Counted from the stretch's first letter, positions 24,108 to 37,960 are shown. The stretch is DNA of 64,000 bases from Leucoraja ocellata (GCA_036785375.1 JAWMAR010000049.1:1674001-1738000); one strand, 5' to 3'. Made by a program: numbers and translations. Notes: a model not told the origin generated them from the sequence alone.

Positions 24108-26626
24108 TGAGGACGCACTTTATCTAGAAATGCTGTTATAAATTAGAAAAGAAAAATTCATGTTTTAAATTCCAAATGCAACTTCAAGCACTGACATCAA
24201 TAAAACACCTTGTAGTAAAAAACACTTCATATTGAAGAAACCTTCAATCTCACTTGATTTACAGTAACTCCTAGTTACACATTAAAAAGCAAAAGTTCAA
24301 GGCCTAGATGTTCTGAAGCATGTAACTCACTTTCATTTCAAGGAATACTTTAACAAGATCCCCTACTATAATATCCACAAGGCTGAAATTAATATTTATC
24401 CAAAATAGTGAGCTACTGTAAGAGCATGTATCATTATGAAAATAACAACTACAAATTTAATTGTTTTCAGAAAAATGTTTTGTTGTGCTTTGTGGCTCAA
24501 AATCCTCAATGCCCTTAGGTGTTATTTGGAGGCTATTTGCAATACTTCTCACTTCCTGCAAAGCTTCAAATGCATCTGATGAATGTTCAGAGGTGGTACA
24601 CAAGTTGCTGTTACTCCGAACATGACTTTGAAAAAGCTTTAAACCAGTTGCGAAATCCTGCTTGCCATCCCAAGGAAAATATTGACCTAAATTCCACCCA
24701 GGCAAAACATATTCTGTTTAATGTCACAAGGGAGAGAACATCACAGGAACTGGTCTTCCCGCCAACAAAGTCTCTGCCAAACATGATGCCAAGTTAAACT
24801 GATCTCCCCCGGTGCCAGCACATGACCTTCCAGGAACCTGGATGTCTTTTGTTTCTTCAACGTTGCTTCATAATGGAAGCAGTTTGCTGGTGCTCTCCCA
24901 ACGCCACTCAAGAAGGGTCTAGTCACCCGTTCCTTCTCTCCAGAGATGCTATCTGTCCCGCTGAGTTACTCCAGTATTTTGTGACTAACTTTGGTTTAAA
25001 CCAGCATCTGCAGTTCCTTCCTGCACCACTCACCCATCCCCCACTTGGCTCCAACTAATCGTCATCCTTCACCCCACTTTGTTCCACCAATCCCCCTCCC
25101 CCCCCCCACCACCACCGCCATCTTTATACTCGCAATGAAGCATTCATCTTCTTAAGCAGCAGAATACACTCATTTCTGCTGCTCAACGACTACAGCATCC
25201 TTACTGCAAGATCAATGAGTTAGCATTACCATCGCTGGAGATTCTGACATTCTCCACACTGCCAAACCTGCGTTTAGAATCGATTTGCAATGCAAGAGGA
25301 CCGTTTATTCCCTGGCTCCAGCAGTGGTCTAATGCAAAGATTCTATATCCATTCAGACTGACCGCTAGAAGAGTGCAATTTGTAAATTGATTATCCGTGC
25401 TTTAGAAACCCAGCCTTAGCCCAAGACTGCTGCAAAAGAAAATTGTGTTTGTGTATAATAATATTTTTACTGTATTTCACTGTACCTAGGCACATCTTAC
25501 GATTGTGTGAACAGCTTATTGTGATATTCCAAGTATCATAACCATTATTGATGCTTTCAAGAGAGGGTTAGATAGATAGTGCAGTCAGGGGATATGGGAG
25601 AAGGCAGGAACGGGGTACTGATTGTGATGATCAGCCATGATCACATTGAATGGCGGTGCTGGCTCGAAGGGCCGAATGGCCTACTCCTGCACCTACTGTC
25701 TATTGACTGACCCAGGGAAAAGACTACTGCAGATAGACACAAAAAGCTGGAGTAACTCAGCAAGTCAGGCAGCATCTTTGGAAAGACGGAATCGGTGACG
25801 TTTTGGGTCAAGACCCTTCTTCAGACAGGTTAGGGATAAAGGAAACATTCCCTTTGTTTCCAAACTCTTCCTTGCAGCTAATCATCTCCAATTCAGGCAG
25901 CATTTGTGATTACACTTTTCTGCAGCCTCTTTCTCCCAGTACCCATCTTTACTAACTGACAGCAGCACATGGCCACACCCATGGCAATTCCAGCACTCCT
26001 CCAGATACTTTTTAATGATCAATTTCCCTCCTGGGATAAATAAAGTTACATCATATGTTGGCAGCATGTTCCACACTGCAACACTCTGGAAAATAAAGAT
26101 CGTCAGATCCCCTTTCAGGTCTCACCTTCAGAGTCATTCAGTGTGGAAACATGCCCTTTGGCCCATCTGGCCCATGCCGACCAAGATGCCCCATCTACAC
26201 TAGTTCCACCTGACTATATATCTCTCTCTACTTTCCTACCCATGTCCCTGCCTCAAATACCTCCTCTGGCAGCTCTTTCCATATACCCACCACCCTTTAT
26301 GTAAAACATGTTGCCTCTTGGGTTCCTATTAAATCTCCCCCCCCCCCCTCATCTTAAACCTACGTCCTGTTTTTTAAGTCTCCGTATGGAGAAAAATATC
26401 TCAAAACATTCCCTGTACCTCTCATAATTTTGTACACTTTTATCCAGCAGGATTCCTCCACTCCACCTCGTAGAACGAATGCAGCCAGTAAGAGGCATCT
26501 CACAACTGCATTGTTCCACTCTAGGCAACACTCTGATAAATCCTCTCCACATCCTCACATCCTTCCCCTGGTGCGGCAACAGCAAGCCGTGCTGCAGCCG
26601 GGCCAACCAAACCTCTGTACACATTG

Positions 26627-26760
26627 TGTAGGAAGGAACTGCAGATGCTGGTTTAAACCAAAGATAGACACAAAAAGCCGGAGTAACTCAGGCAGCATCT
26701 CTGGAGAGTAGGAATGGGTGATGTTTCGGGTCGAGACCCTTCTTCAGACTGGTTAGGGAA
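26627..26760 (-). mobile_element. Penelope pLTR fragment
   Basis: Hammerhead core at 26720-26747 (AUC triplet). Flank duplication ctgtacacattg. Confidence 0.75.
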
Positions 26761-27039
26761 CACTGTACACATTGCTTTACTAAAGGACATCAATTCAACT
26801 ACTTCACATTCGAGGACTCAATGGTTGTCAAGTTTAGCTGAAGAGCAAGCATTTCTATCTGCAAGATCAATGGTGTATTCAATCACCGTTATACACACAA
26901 GTACAATAATGGAGGCAGACCCAATAATTGGAATTTAAATCTTTTGAGATAAAACCTATTCAGCAAATGTAAAATATTCTATAAATAAAAGAGCAGGATG
27001 TTTTTGCATCACCACCAATATTCTTCATGTAAGCAACAC

Positions 27040-27265
27040 AAAATATCTGGGCTCCACCTTCCTTGGTCATCTGTTGCCAGCCCTGCTTTGTTCTGGCCTT
27101 TTCTTACTTCCCATTCCCTCCCCTCTACTTTCAGTCTGAAGAAGGGTATCGACCCGAAACGCCACCCATCCTTTTTTATCCAGAGATGCTGCCTGACGTT
27201 CTGAGTTATTCTAGCACACCGTGTCTATCTTCAGTATATACCTGCATATGCTGTTCCTTTCTACA
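27040..27265 (+). mobile_element. Penelope pLTR with degenerate hammerhead (27136-27163)
   Basis: CTGAAGAAGGGTATCGACCCGAAACGCC. Confidence 0.75.
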
Positions 27266-27727
27266 CAAAAACATCTCAACCTTCCTCCATTTAATGTTAA
27301 TGGGACCATGATTTATGGATAAATTGGCTGCCAATTTTATTCCAAACCACCACCACCACCAACCACAACTAATGGATCACTCTTCACGTGCAAAGCTCTA
27401 TGGGACATAATAGGAACACCATCAGTTCTATCAAAAAGAAGGTTCTTTGTTAATCGTTCGAGCGAATATTAGTGGCTTGTCAAATGTAAATACATTCGGG
27501 ACACTGGATTAGTACAGCCTACGCCCGGTTATAAAAACAAACTTAACACTGCAAGCAAGATACTTCAACCCAATAAAGCACAAGGTGCAGATATAATCTG
27601 CCTCCATGCAACCAGCAAGTCAGAACACCCATTAATTTTAAAGAAGCTCAAATGGTTAAAATATACTACTATCATTTTACAATTGGTTTTAATGGTCTGA
27701 TTATTCTGTCAATAAAGATGTACTACA

Positions 27728-27786
27728 GGTGTCCTTGAGACTCTTGAAAGGCGCCCATAAATAAAATTTATTATTATTATTATTAC
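27728..27786 (+). mobile_element. L2-like 3' end with (TAT)n tail
   Basis: ggtgtccttgag…gaaaggcgccc…ataaataaaatttattattat. Same family at ~35545-35720. Confidence 0.6.
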
Positions 27787-28029
27787 TACAATTTGTTTTT
27801 TAGAAGAAAAACTGCATGCACTTGATAGTATTTAATATTAAACACACCTAAAAGACACTGTTGAGTGTACAAATGATGCTGAATCTCCCCACTGTGTGTG
27901 TGCGCAACTCAATGGGACATGTAAAAATATATCCCCAAATACTTCTGCTTCAATAATGGGTCATTGACAGCCAACGTTAGCTACAAATGCCATGAAAAGT
28001 CCAAAACACCACCATCATAGAAATGTTCA

Positions 28030-28178
28030 CGAAGGAACTACAGATGCTGGAAAAATTGAAGGTAGATAAAAATGCTGGAGAAACTCAGCGAGACCTATGG
28101 TCTCAACCCGAAACGTCACCTATTCCTTCGCTCCATAGATGCTGCCTCACCCACTGAATTTCTCCAGCATTTTTATCT
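28030..28178. mobile_element. Penelope-derived hairpin mini-element
   Basis: TSD accatcatagaaat at 28011 and 28179. Confidence 0.8.
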
Positions 28179-28830
28179 ACCATCATAGAAATATTCATTC
28201 TTCTTAAGTGGTAATCAAAATATGCAAATATTTATCGTTTGAGAATTGATTTTCCTGCTCGTAATAAACTGGAAGGGAAAACAGAGCAATTTCATTTTTT
28301 TGTTTTAAAGAAAATACAAAACTGAAGATTAAATCAAAGTTCAGGAGCATAATGTTCTTATATCTAGATGTCTATCAATGTAAATGAAAGGATTCTCAGC
28401 CATTTTCAAAGGTAATTTAAACCAGTAAACCAGGTTATCTGTATCAGCAATTTTCTCCCCTGTACATGTACTTCTCGTATTGCCGGATATGGAAGACCAA
28501 CCTGTCAACCATCTCCTCACCCAGGCTGGATTATGCAGGGCTGTTCCATATTGTCAAAAAGAAAATGGATTTGGCATCTCTAAAAGTGAAGGAATAAAGC
28601 CATAACCTGTTAGAGGTTACAAATTTGTGTCAAAATGTAGGACTGAGATGAGGAAAATTGTCTTCACTCAGATAGTTGTGAATCTGTGGAATTTTCTGCC
28701 ACAGAAGGCAGTGGAGTCCAATTCACTGGCTGTTTTCAAGAGAGTTAGATTTAGCTCTTGAGGCTAAAGGAATCAAGGTATATGGGGAAAAAGCAGGAAC
28801 GGGTACCGATTTTTAGATGATTTGCCATGA

Positions 28831-29667
28831 ATCACTGATGGTGACAAGTCAGAGTATCGACCGATTGACCAAATGGTGCCAGCACAACAACCTGGCTCTC
28901 AACACCAGCAAAACCAAGGAACTGATTGTGGACATTGGAAGGGGTAGGATAGGGACCCACAATCCTGTTCATATCAATGGAACGAGGGTGGAAAGGATCA
29001 AGGACTTCAAATTCCTGGGCGTGCATATTTCCAAAGATCTTTCCTGGTCCCTGCACACTGATGCAATTATAAAGAAAGCACATCAGCGCCTCTACTTCCT
29101 GAGAAGATTACGGAGAGTCGGAATGTCAAGGAAGACTCTCTTGAACTTCTACAGGTGCACAGTAGAGAGCATGCTGACCGGTTGCATCGTGGCTTGGTTC
29201 GGCATCTTGAGCATACAGGAGCGGAAAAGAATGCAGAAAGTTGTGACCACTGCCCAGTCCATCATCGGCTCTGACCTCCCCACCATCAAAGGGATCTATC
29301 GCAGTCGCTGCCTCAAAAGGACTGCCAACATCATCAAGGACCCACACCATCCTGGCCACACACTCATATCTCTGCTGCCATCAAGTAGAAGGTACAGGAG
29401 CCTGAAATCTGATACAACCAGGTTCATGAACAGCTGCTTCCCCACAGCCATCAGGCTATTAAACTCACCATCAAACAAACTCTAAACTATAACAGCCTAT
29501 TGCACTTTATCTGTTTATTTATTTATGTGTATATATATATATATGGTCTATGCTATATGGACACAGTGAACTGTTCTGTATTTATGCTTACAATACTCTG
29601 TTGTGCTGCAGCAAGGAAGGATTTCATTGTCCTATCTGGGACAGATGACAATAAACCCTCTTGACTT
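28831..29667 (+). mobile_element. Rex1/Babar-clade LINE, 5'-truncated RT C-terminus, inserted into a CR1 3' end (28636-29740)
   Basis: 222-aa ORF WCQHNNLALNTSKTKELIVD…FKFLGVHIS…KKAHQRLYFLRRL…FYRCTVES. (cttga)n tail. CR1 gccatga|tcatattgaatgg is split. Confidence 0.9.
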
Positions 29668-31214
29668 GATCATATTGAATGGCAGTGCTGGCTCGAAGGA
29701 CCGATGGCCTACTCCTGCACCTATTTTTCTATGTTTCTAAAACCACAAAATAAAATGGGTAACATGAGAGTATGAGCGGAAAGAGTGAGATTGAAGGGAT
29801 ACTAAGCCTTTTTTGAATTAATAGGTAGTAATCATAAGTGTATGCAAATAGAAGAATGATAAACTAGAGTACCAAGCATATAACCCCCCCCCCCCCCCAG
29901 GGACAACAGTCTACAGGGGGCAAGACTAGCTTTTACTTTGCATCAAGAACTGCACCATGCTTTCAGTTCCCAGTCTTCTTAATTACACATTCCAAAAGCA
30001 CTCTGATGGCAGTAGCTAGCTGTGCAAAATATGGACATCAGATGCTGGTGACATAAATAGATGTCAAGTGTTTCTAAGTAAATCAGGGCAACTGAGAGTG
30101 CATGAATGAATGAATAACTAATATCAAACAAAAGCAAAAAGAAACTTGCTTTTAGAAAGTGCTTTTCGACACCTCAGGAGACTCTCAAAACCGGTATAAT
30201 TTGCATTTAGCAGGATCCCAGGGGGGAGGGGAGGGAGAGATAAGGATTTAATGCAAAGGAAAAACACTGGCATGGAACAGGGAATGACTGCCAAGCTTTT
30301 CCCCCTTTAGTTGCAGAACACAAGTGTTCCCCAAGGGAACAAGCTGTAAATGCTGAAGCCTCCACCTGGCTCCAGGGTAAAGTTACTACCTCCTACCCAA
30401 ACTCATGCAAATGAACACAGCCAAAGAATTTCAAATAAAGTTCAAATCAAGGCAGAATTAAATAATCTCCCGAATGAAATAATGAGAGCGTTTAAGCAGT
30501 AATGGGGTGTCATTACAAGTCCCAATTCTCAATCACCAGAAAATAAATTGGTCTTTCAGGTTTTTCCTTTCATTACTTTTGGGACCATCCAGTTGCCAAT
30601 ACATAGCCATTTGGCTAATAGGCAGCACTTCCACGGTAGTTAACTGGCCATTTGGGTATTACAGGGGTGTGAAAAGTGTTAAACAAACCAGCTCTTTCAT
30701 TCAAATCATTTATTTTTAATTTCAGGTGATAAACATTTACATTGGGAATAGATCATTTCACAGTAGCTTGACTGTAAAAGATTAGAGTTGATTGGGGGGG
30801 GGGGGGGGGGTCTCTCATATTGTTGTTGGCACTATTCCTACACTCAGGAGCTGGTCCTGGCTGATCAAATCAAGGCGGCTTTCCAACCAATCATGACATT
30901 TCACAAACGCTAAGCAGACCGCATGGATTGAGAAGCATCATTTTCCAATTCTCACGTTACATTGATTGCATTAATATTTTAGATTTAAATGACACCCCGT
31001 CGATATGATAATTGCAAGGTCGGAATAAAATCTAGCCGGCAGATGTTATGAGAGGTCGAATGTAAAGTTCAGCGCTGTACATAAACGGCATCACAAGCAC
31101 AAGTGCACTCTGAAAGTGACATTGCGAAGCACGACTAGTGTGCAGTCACAGTGTGTGCTGTTGGAAGTATTGTTCAGGAATCCCACATTTTAGCGACTTT
31201 CCATTCATACTTAC

Positions 31215-31342
31215 AGCAAGTTGATTTCATTCTGTGAAATGACCGCGTTCTCAGAGAAGTAAGGAGTCATCTTCACGCCATAGCAGGAGCACCAGCTCCC
31301 GGCCTCCGCCTTGCCCTCACCCAGGATAGCGTCCAGAGTCAT
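31215..31342 (-). CDS. ssh2: Alternative first coding exon of ssh2 (MTLDAILGEGKAEAGSWCSCYGVKMTPYFSENAVISQNEINL-L)
   Basis: ATG at 31342 with an in-frame TAA about 40 nt upstream. 128 nt ending CT|gtaagt (phase 2), in frame with the exon at 10944. Resembles the alternative SSH2 N-terminus I recall from mammals (...PYFSANAVISQNAINQL-ISESF). Confidence 0.85.
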
Positions 31343-31850
31343 TGGGACACGTGTAATGTGCTCGCAACTATGTATTTGAGGTTAATTTCGAGGTCCGCCC
31401 GTAGTAAACAAAAATGAGCGCATACAGTTCAATAAAACAAAAATCAGAGCACGGATTGGTAACGTGAAGCGGTGAGGTTAGGCAGGCACTGGTGTGTACA
31501 TGGTGCCGGCTCTGCGCTCCTGCTCTAACAAGGCAAACGCGCCGAGCTCACAGCTATTACAGCCGCCAGCGTCTGACGTCCAGCAGTTAGCCTGGGATTT
31601 GCCGCTGGACTGGGCTGGGCTGGGCTGCCCTGTCACCCACTCTCCTGATGCACAGCCTGGGCTGATGTGACAAGTTCTCAGCGCTCTGTTCTCCCGGTCA
31701 GCTGCTTCTCAGCTGCAGCGCACTTCCTCCCTCCACAGCGCTGGTGGGTGGGTGGGGGCGGCAGGGTGAGTGAGTGAGACAACCACGCCACCGCTCCACA
31801 CTTCCAACTCACGCCAGTTCCTGATATTTTCCCGGGGGGGTCCTTAATGA
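31343..31850 (-). promoter_or_regulatory. GC/CpG-rich internal promoter and 5'UTR of the alternative ssh2 isoform
   Basis: CpG-rich, repeat-free, directly upstream of the alternative ATG exon. CRE-like TGACGTC 31574-31580, ETS-like CACTTCCT 31721-31728, GC box GGGGCGG 31754-31760, CAGCTG E-boxes. Confidence 0.65.
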
Positions 31851-32237
31851 CTAACGTCTTGGTTAATTTTTAGTTTTTTTCTCCGGAAAGTATTTGCTCA
31901 ATCTTCTGTTTAGACTTTCCCAGGCAACTAACTTGGAGCCAAGTTTTGTGCAAAAACATAACTCACTCTACTCGTTTACATTGTGCGAACAAAGCTGGAA
32001 AAGTATGTCGTTTGTTTCAGTCATTTTTCTTTTATACCCACAATCGGTATCTTTATCGTACACACGAGGAACTGCAGATGCTTGTTCATTAAAAAAAGAC
32101 ACAAAGTCCAGGAGTAACTCAGCGGGTCAGACAGCATCTCTGGAGGACAGATGATGTTTCGGGTCGGGACCCCTCTTCAGATTGACCCGCTGAGTTACTC
32201 CTACACTGTCTTTTTTTTTTAATTGTCTATCATGTAA

Positions 32238-32470
32238 ACACAAAGGGTGGTGGGTGTACGGAACAAGCTGCCAGAGGGGGTATTTGAGGCTGGGACTATC
32301 CCAACGTTTAATAAATAGTTAGACAGGTACATGGACAGGACAGGTTTGGAGGGATATGGACCAAACGCAGGCAAGTAGGACTAGGACTAACGTAGCTGGG
32401 ACATGTTGGCTGGTGTGGACATGTTGGGCTGAAGGGCCAGTTTCCTCACTGTATAACTCCATGACTATGA
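32238..32470 (+). mobile_element. CR1 3' end
   Basis: acacaaagggtggtgggt…, (atgact)n tail. Confidence 0.8.
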
Positions 32471-32496
32471 CTCTATTTTTTCGATACCCATTGAAT

Positions 32497-33150
32497 AACC
32501 CAGGTACTTTCCCCTGCAACCGCAGGAGATGTAACACCTGTCCCTTTATCTCCCCCCTCGACTCCATCCAAGGTCCCAAACAGTCTTTCTAGGTGAGGCA
32601 ACTCGCACCTCCTCCAACCTCATCTACTGTATCCGTTGTTCCAGGTGTCAACTTCTCTACATCTGCGAGACCATGTGCAGGCCCCGCGATCGTTTCACTG
32701 AACACCTCCACTCAGTCCATCTTAACCTACCCGATCTCCCTGTGACTCAGCACTTCAACTCCCCCTCCTATTCCCAATCTAATATTTCTATCCTGGGCCT
32801 CCTCCATTATCAGAGTGAGGCCCAGCACAAATTGGAGGAACAGCACCTCATATTTCGCTTGGGTAGTTTACACCCCAGCGGTATAAACATTGACTTCCCT
32901 AACTTCGGATAGCCCTTGCTTTCCCCCTCTCTCCATCCCCTTCCCAGTTCTCCCACTAGTCTTACTGTCTCCGCCTACATTCTATCTTTGTCCTGCCCCC
33001 TCCCCTGACATCAGTCTGAAGAAAGGTCTCGACCCGAAACGTCACCCATTTCTTCTCTCCAGAGATGCTGCTTCACCCGCTGAGTTACTCAAGAGTTTTG
33101 TGTCTACCTTTGATTTAAACCAACATCTGCAGTTCTTTCTTACATAAACA
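32497..33150 (+). mobile_element. Penelope-like element (Neptune-like) 3' part: degenerate Zn-finger plus GIY-YIG endonuclease and pLTR
   Basis: GTFPCNRRRCNTCP, SSNLIYCIRCSRCQLLYI(C)ET…DRFTEH, EAQHKLEEQHLIFRLGSLHPSGINIDF, with a stop and frameshifts. Confidence 0.9.
33016..33043 (+). ncRNA. Minimal hammerhead ribozyme motif in the PLE pLTR
   Basis: CTGAAGA-AAGGTCTCGACCC-GAAAC-GTC about 100 nt after the GIY-YIG stop. Confidence 0.7.
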
Positions 33151-33654
33151 CCATGAATGTGAAACTTGCCCTTACCATGGTCCTGAATTTTACTTATCTT
33201 TGTGTAACATGTTTTCTTCTTTAAAAAAATGACTTTCCTGGAAGTGTGGTTTGCAGACTTTCAGTAGCTGATAAACGAGAATGATAGCTGGTGATGATAA
33301 AAATATGAATTGATAAGCTGTTCTCAGCCAGAGCACTGGCTGGTTGACGCCCACAGTGCTTGAGTTTCTGATAAGAACTTGCTGCTATTTTCTTTCAATA
33401 AATTATAATCATGGATAGCAAGCAAAAACGACATGCTGCAGATGCTGTAGGGTTACCAGAATCATTTGTACAGAGAGAGATAGGTCAGTGCGAGTGTGGG
33501 AAGTCGAATTAAAGTGAAGGGCATTGGAAACAAATTGTATAATTACTTTGCTGAACAGTGAGTTCAGTCTGCAGATGCTGCCATTTTAATCCTCCATTCC
33601 ACTGTTGACTCCTGCACCATTAGAATGTGGCCCCATGCAAAACTGACGGACAGC

Positions 33655-33891
33655 AGATCGACACAAATGGCTGGAGTAACTCAGCTAGTCAGGAAGCTTC
33701 TCTGGTGAAAAAGAATGTGACGTTTCGGGTCGGAACTCTTCTTCAGACTCTTCAAGCCCAAGTCTGAAGAAGGGTTCCGTGCCTAAACATCACCTATTAT
33801 TTTTCTTTAGAGATGCTGCCTTACCCGCTGAGTTACTCCAGCATTGTGTGTCTATCTTCAGTATAAACCACCATCTGCTGTTCCTTCCTAC
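33655..33891. mobile_element. Penelope hairpin element with two inverted hammerhead remnants
   Basis: TSD aaactga(c/a)g(g/a)acagc at 33640 and 33892. Confidence 0.8.
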
Positions 33892-36165
33892 AAACTGAAG
33901 AACAGCGTCCATCTCATCTTCCTAACGGGCTCTATTTTGAATTCTCTAATTTAGCCGACTTGCCTTTTCTGTTTGTCTGTATCAGAGCTGCCCGTCAGAT
34001 TGATCTGTGATTTGAGCTCGAGTTTTTCTCCCCATGTTCCACAGCCTTGCCATTGACAACACAGCAGCACTATGTGCCTCTAAAAGCCATATTAAACCAT
34101 TTGGTCTTGCACTAATCACACCACCTGCTCCACCTACTCTGCAACTTATTTTCTCCCTGAAGAAAATCAGTCTGCAGAAGGGTCCCGACCCAAAACGTCA
34201 ACTGTCCATTCCTTCCACGGATGCTGCCTGACCCACTCAGTTCCTCCAGCACTTTGTTTTGCTCATGATTCCAGCACCTGTGGTTTCACATGTCTATTAT
34301 TTTCTCCCTTTTCCAGTTCTGAAGAAGGATTTTTGGAATTGAAATGTTAACTGTGTCTATTTCCGCGTATATGCTACCTGACCTGCTGAGTGTACCCAGC
34401 ATTTTGTTTATAGCTTGTATTTTGATATCCATTTTTAACAACATTGCATGATGCAATAGGTTTATTATTGTACTCATTGGGCAATGGGCTTTTGCAATGA
34501 ATTATATGAACACAAAGTTCACCGTATGATGATCTTATGTAGGGTCAATGATGTCATATCCTGACAGGATAAAGATCAGCAGCAACTTGTTTGCAATAAA
34601 GGGTGTGGCAAGATCACACACTTCCTATGCTCTTGCAAAACATAGAAACATTGAAGTAGATTTTCTTGATTTTAATATTCAGGTTAAAAAAGATAAAATG
34701 TTGATGAATTCATGAAAAGGAGATTCCTACAGAGAGGTATAATAAAGTGCTGTACAACACCTGTAAGCTGTCATTAGTGAGCAATTGCTGAGAAGATCTT
34801 TCCCATGGATGGGGAAATCTGAAGTTAGGGGCATTTTCTCAGAATATAAAGTGGTCCTGTTGAGATTGGGATGAGGAGGCATTTTAGAGTGTTGTAAATC
34901 ACCAGAGAGCAGTGGCTCTTGCGTTACGGTACATTCAAGACTGAGACTGATTTTTTTGCGTATAGAGGAATCAGGGATTACTCTTGATCAAGAAGATACT
35001 TAAGTTAAGAGCAAACACCAGATCAACCATACAATCTACCCTCCGCTCCTATTTCTTGTGCTTAAAATGTATATTACAACATGTCTGAGAGTTTATTGGT
35101 TTGAATGTCTCAGTATCACACACAGATCAGACCCAAGGAACTGGCCCCATGCGTGGTTGAAGGAAATTCTAGTTGAAGATTGGGACAAGGATTTGGAAGG
35201 ATCTGAAAATAGACATTAGGATTTTGTGCCATGGCCTGCACAGAATAGCGATGTTAGCTTAGCAAGACATTCTGCTAAATTTCTAAGCCAAAAATACAAC
35301 ACAAATTAAATCTTAATTAATAGTTAAGCTTTTTAGTAGGATGAAAAAGAGGCTTTAAGTTTTCAGTAAGTGCATCAATCTTTGCTATTCTTTTCAGTCC
35401 TCTTAAAGCTGTTAAAGATAGCAGAGTCAGGGGACATGGGGAGAAGGCAGGAACGGGGTACTGATTGGGGATGATTCATGTTCACATTGAATGGCGGTGC
35501 TGGCTCGAAGGGCCGAATGGCCTATTCCTGCACCTATCGTCTTCACATTGTGTTTTTGATTTTTGTTTTTGGACTGAATTCTGTTTTTAATTTGTGTTTT
35601 TGTGATGTCTTTATTATTTATTTTATTCTGATTATATGTTTATATTTCCTGTTAACCTATGTAAGGTGTCCTTGAGATGTCTGAAAGGCGCCCAATAAAT
35701 AAAATTTATTATTATTATTACAGAAAATTCTAATTTCTATTTTCAAATCCTTCAAAAACCTTGTTGCAGCCTCCGACTACAATTTCTTTCAACTAAGTAA
35801 CAGGTCTGGATTGTTGGGTCTGATCCATTTCCAGGTTCATGGATAGGACAGGTTTAGAGGAATATGGGCCAAACACAGACAGGTGGTGTCAGTGTAAATG
35901 GGACACGTTGGTCAGCATGGGCAACTTGGGCCAAAGGGCCTGTGTCCACGCTGTATGACTCTGTGACTCTATATCTGACGGCTGAATAATTGTCCTTTCT
36001 GACCATGGGTTGTCAACATGAAGCATTTTCTCTGTCCTCAGATGGTGCCTGACCCGTTGAATGTTTCCAGCCAACATTTTGTTTATACATCTGACTTTCA
36101 TGTAGTGCTCATGCAAGTCAGAAATGAATTCTAGTGGAAAGAAATTAAAATAAACCAATTTTAAG

Positions 36166-36478
36166 CAAGAACGGAACTCACTATCAAAACATGGAGGGGA
36201 CGGGGACACAATTTTTTGGCGGGCGCGCGCGGATGCACACACTCACACGCGCACGGCTTCGGAGGCTCAATCCAGCGATAAATGCAGCTCAACTGCCTGT
36301 CTCACGGGGTTAACATACAGCCCTGCCTGGACTGACGGGATACCAGCGCTGCTTCTCCGCGCTGGCCATATTTCCCGCAAGCCCAGGCAGGTTAACCTGG
36401 CGGAGCTGTCGCCCACCTCTCAAAACATGGGGAGGGGGACGTGTCCCCTCTGGCCCCCCCCGGGTTTTCCGCCCCCTG
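36166..36478. mobile_element. hAT non-autonomous element
   Basis: Perfect 8-bp TSD attttaag (36158-36165, 36479-36486). Right end ttttccgccccctg. Subterminal repeat caaaacatgg(g)gagggggacg. Confidence 0.75.
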
Positions 36479-37699
36479 ATTTTAAGGTCCTTCTTCCAAA
36501 ATAGTTCAAACACCACTCGTGCTCAGAAAAAAATGTTCCATAACCAAACATCGATCATATAAGGCGAGCAAATCATATTTATGAATGACAGTATCGCATT
36601 ATAATGATGTAATTTAAAATGATCTTCTTCATTCCTGGGAATGTGAAGCAGAATAAATAACCATTATACATAGCCTCACTTTTAATCGGAGAAGCTAGAC
36701 AATAATTAAACAGACAGTCTGACTACCTCTGTAACTTACTTTCAGGCAACGAGAAGTGGCACATGGTGGCATCATGAGGTACTTATTGGAAAATGCTTCC
36801 TTCTTCAAAGTCCACATGTAAGCAGCTTTTAAACAGTTATTCAGTGTTTCTTGCAAAGGTTGCTTTTGAAATTGAAGAGAGCTTCTACATAATGCCAAAC
36901 GGTGACAAAAGCAAAGACTATAGATCACATAGCCAGGCCATGCGGCACAACGTGTCCACGCTACTGTGTATACACCACTCACACTTTCGCACATCTATAT
37001 TTATCAGCATAATTTGCTGTTCCGTTCTCCTTCGTATATTTATCCAGCCTCTCCATCAATGCATTTATACCATTCACTCCAGTCACTTCCCATGGTAAAG
37101 TTCCACCTTCTCATTGTTATTTGGGTAAGTAAGACACAAAAAGGCATTACTACAGGAGACTGAAGAGGCTGCAATCAAACATTTCTTCATCCTAAGGGTT
37201 GTGAATCTTGGGAATTGTTTTCCCAAGACTGAAGGCTCAATGACTGAGTATATTCAAGACAAAGAGAAGGATAGATAGATTGTTTTAATATTAAGGGAAT
37301 CAAGGGATACTGGGTTAATGCAGAAAGGTGGTGCCAAGATGGTTTAAAATAAATCAGCCATGATCTAATCAATGGTGGAACAAGGATGAGGAGAAAAAAA
37401 GGCTTGCTGCTTCCACTCTCAGCTCTTGTAGAAATGAAGAATTGCAGATGCTGGTTTATACCAAAGATAGACCCAAAGTGCTGAAGTAACTCAGCGGGTC
37501 AGGCAGCAACTCTGGAGAAAAAGGATAGGTGACGTTTTGGATCGGGGCCCTTTTACACACTGGAAGCTAAGATCTATACTCTTATCACAGCAGGCTCCAT
37601 TTAAAGAAATAAGCAAGTGAATGATCAAATGGATTGCTATATAACACCACACTTACTTCACTGGCAATGCCACTTATCCTCATCAATGTAGACTTGTAG

Positions 37700-37960
37700 A
37701 CTTTAGAAGTACATTGTGGAATCAGGCTAACCAGCAATCACCCCTTACACCAGCACTATCCTACACACTAGGGATAATTTACAGAAGCCAATTAACCTAC
37801 AAACCTGCACGTCTTTGGAATGCGTGTGGAAACCGGAGCACCTGGAGAAAACCCACGGGGTCACAGGGAGAATGTCCAAACTATGTACAGACAGCACCTG
37901 TAGTCAAGATCAAACCTGGGTCTCTGGTGCTATAAGGCAGCAACTCTACCACTGCACTGC
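37700..37960 (-). mobile_element. HE1-like V-SINE
   Basis: Homology to the other copies. Confidence 0.75.

Noticed and set aside
28817-29485. 222-aa ORF as a host gene
   Set aside because: 5'-truncated Rex1/Babar RT C-terminus.
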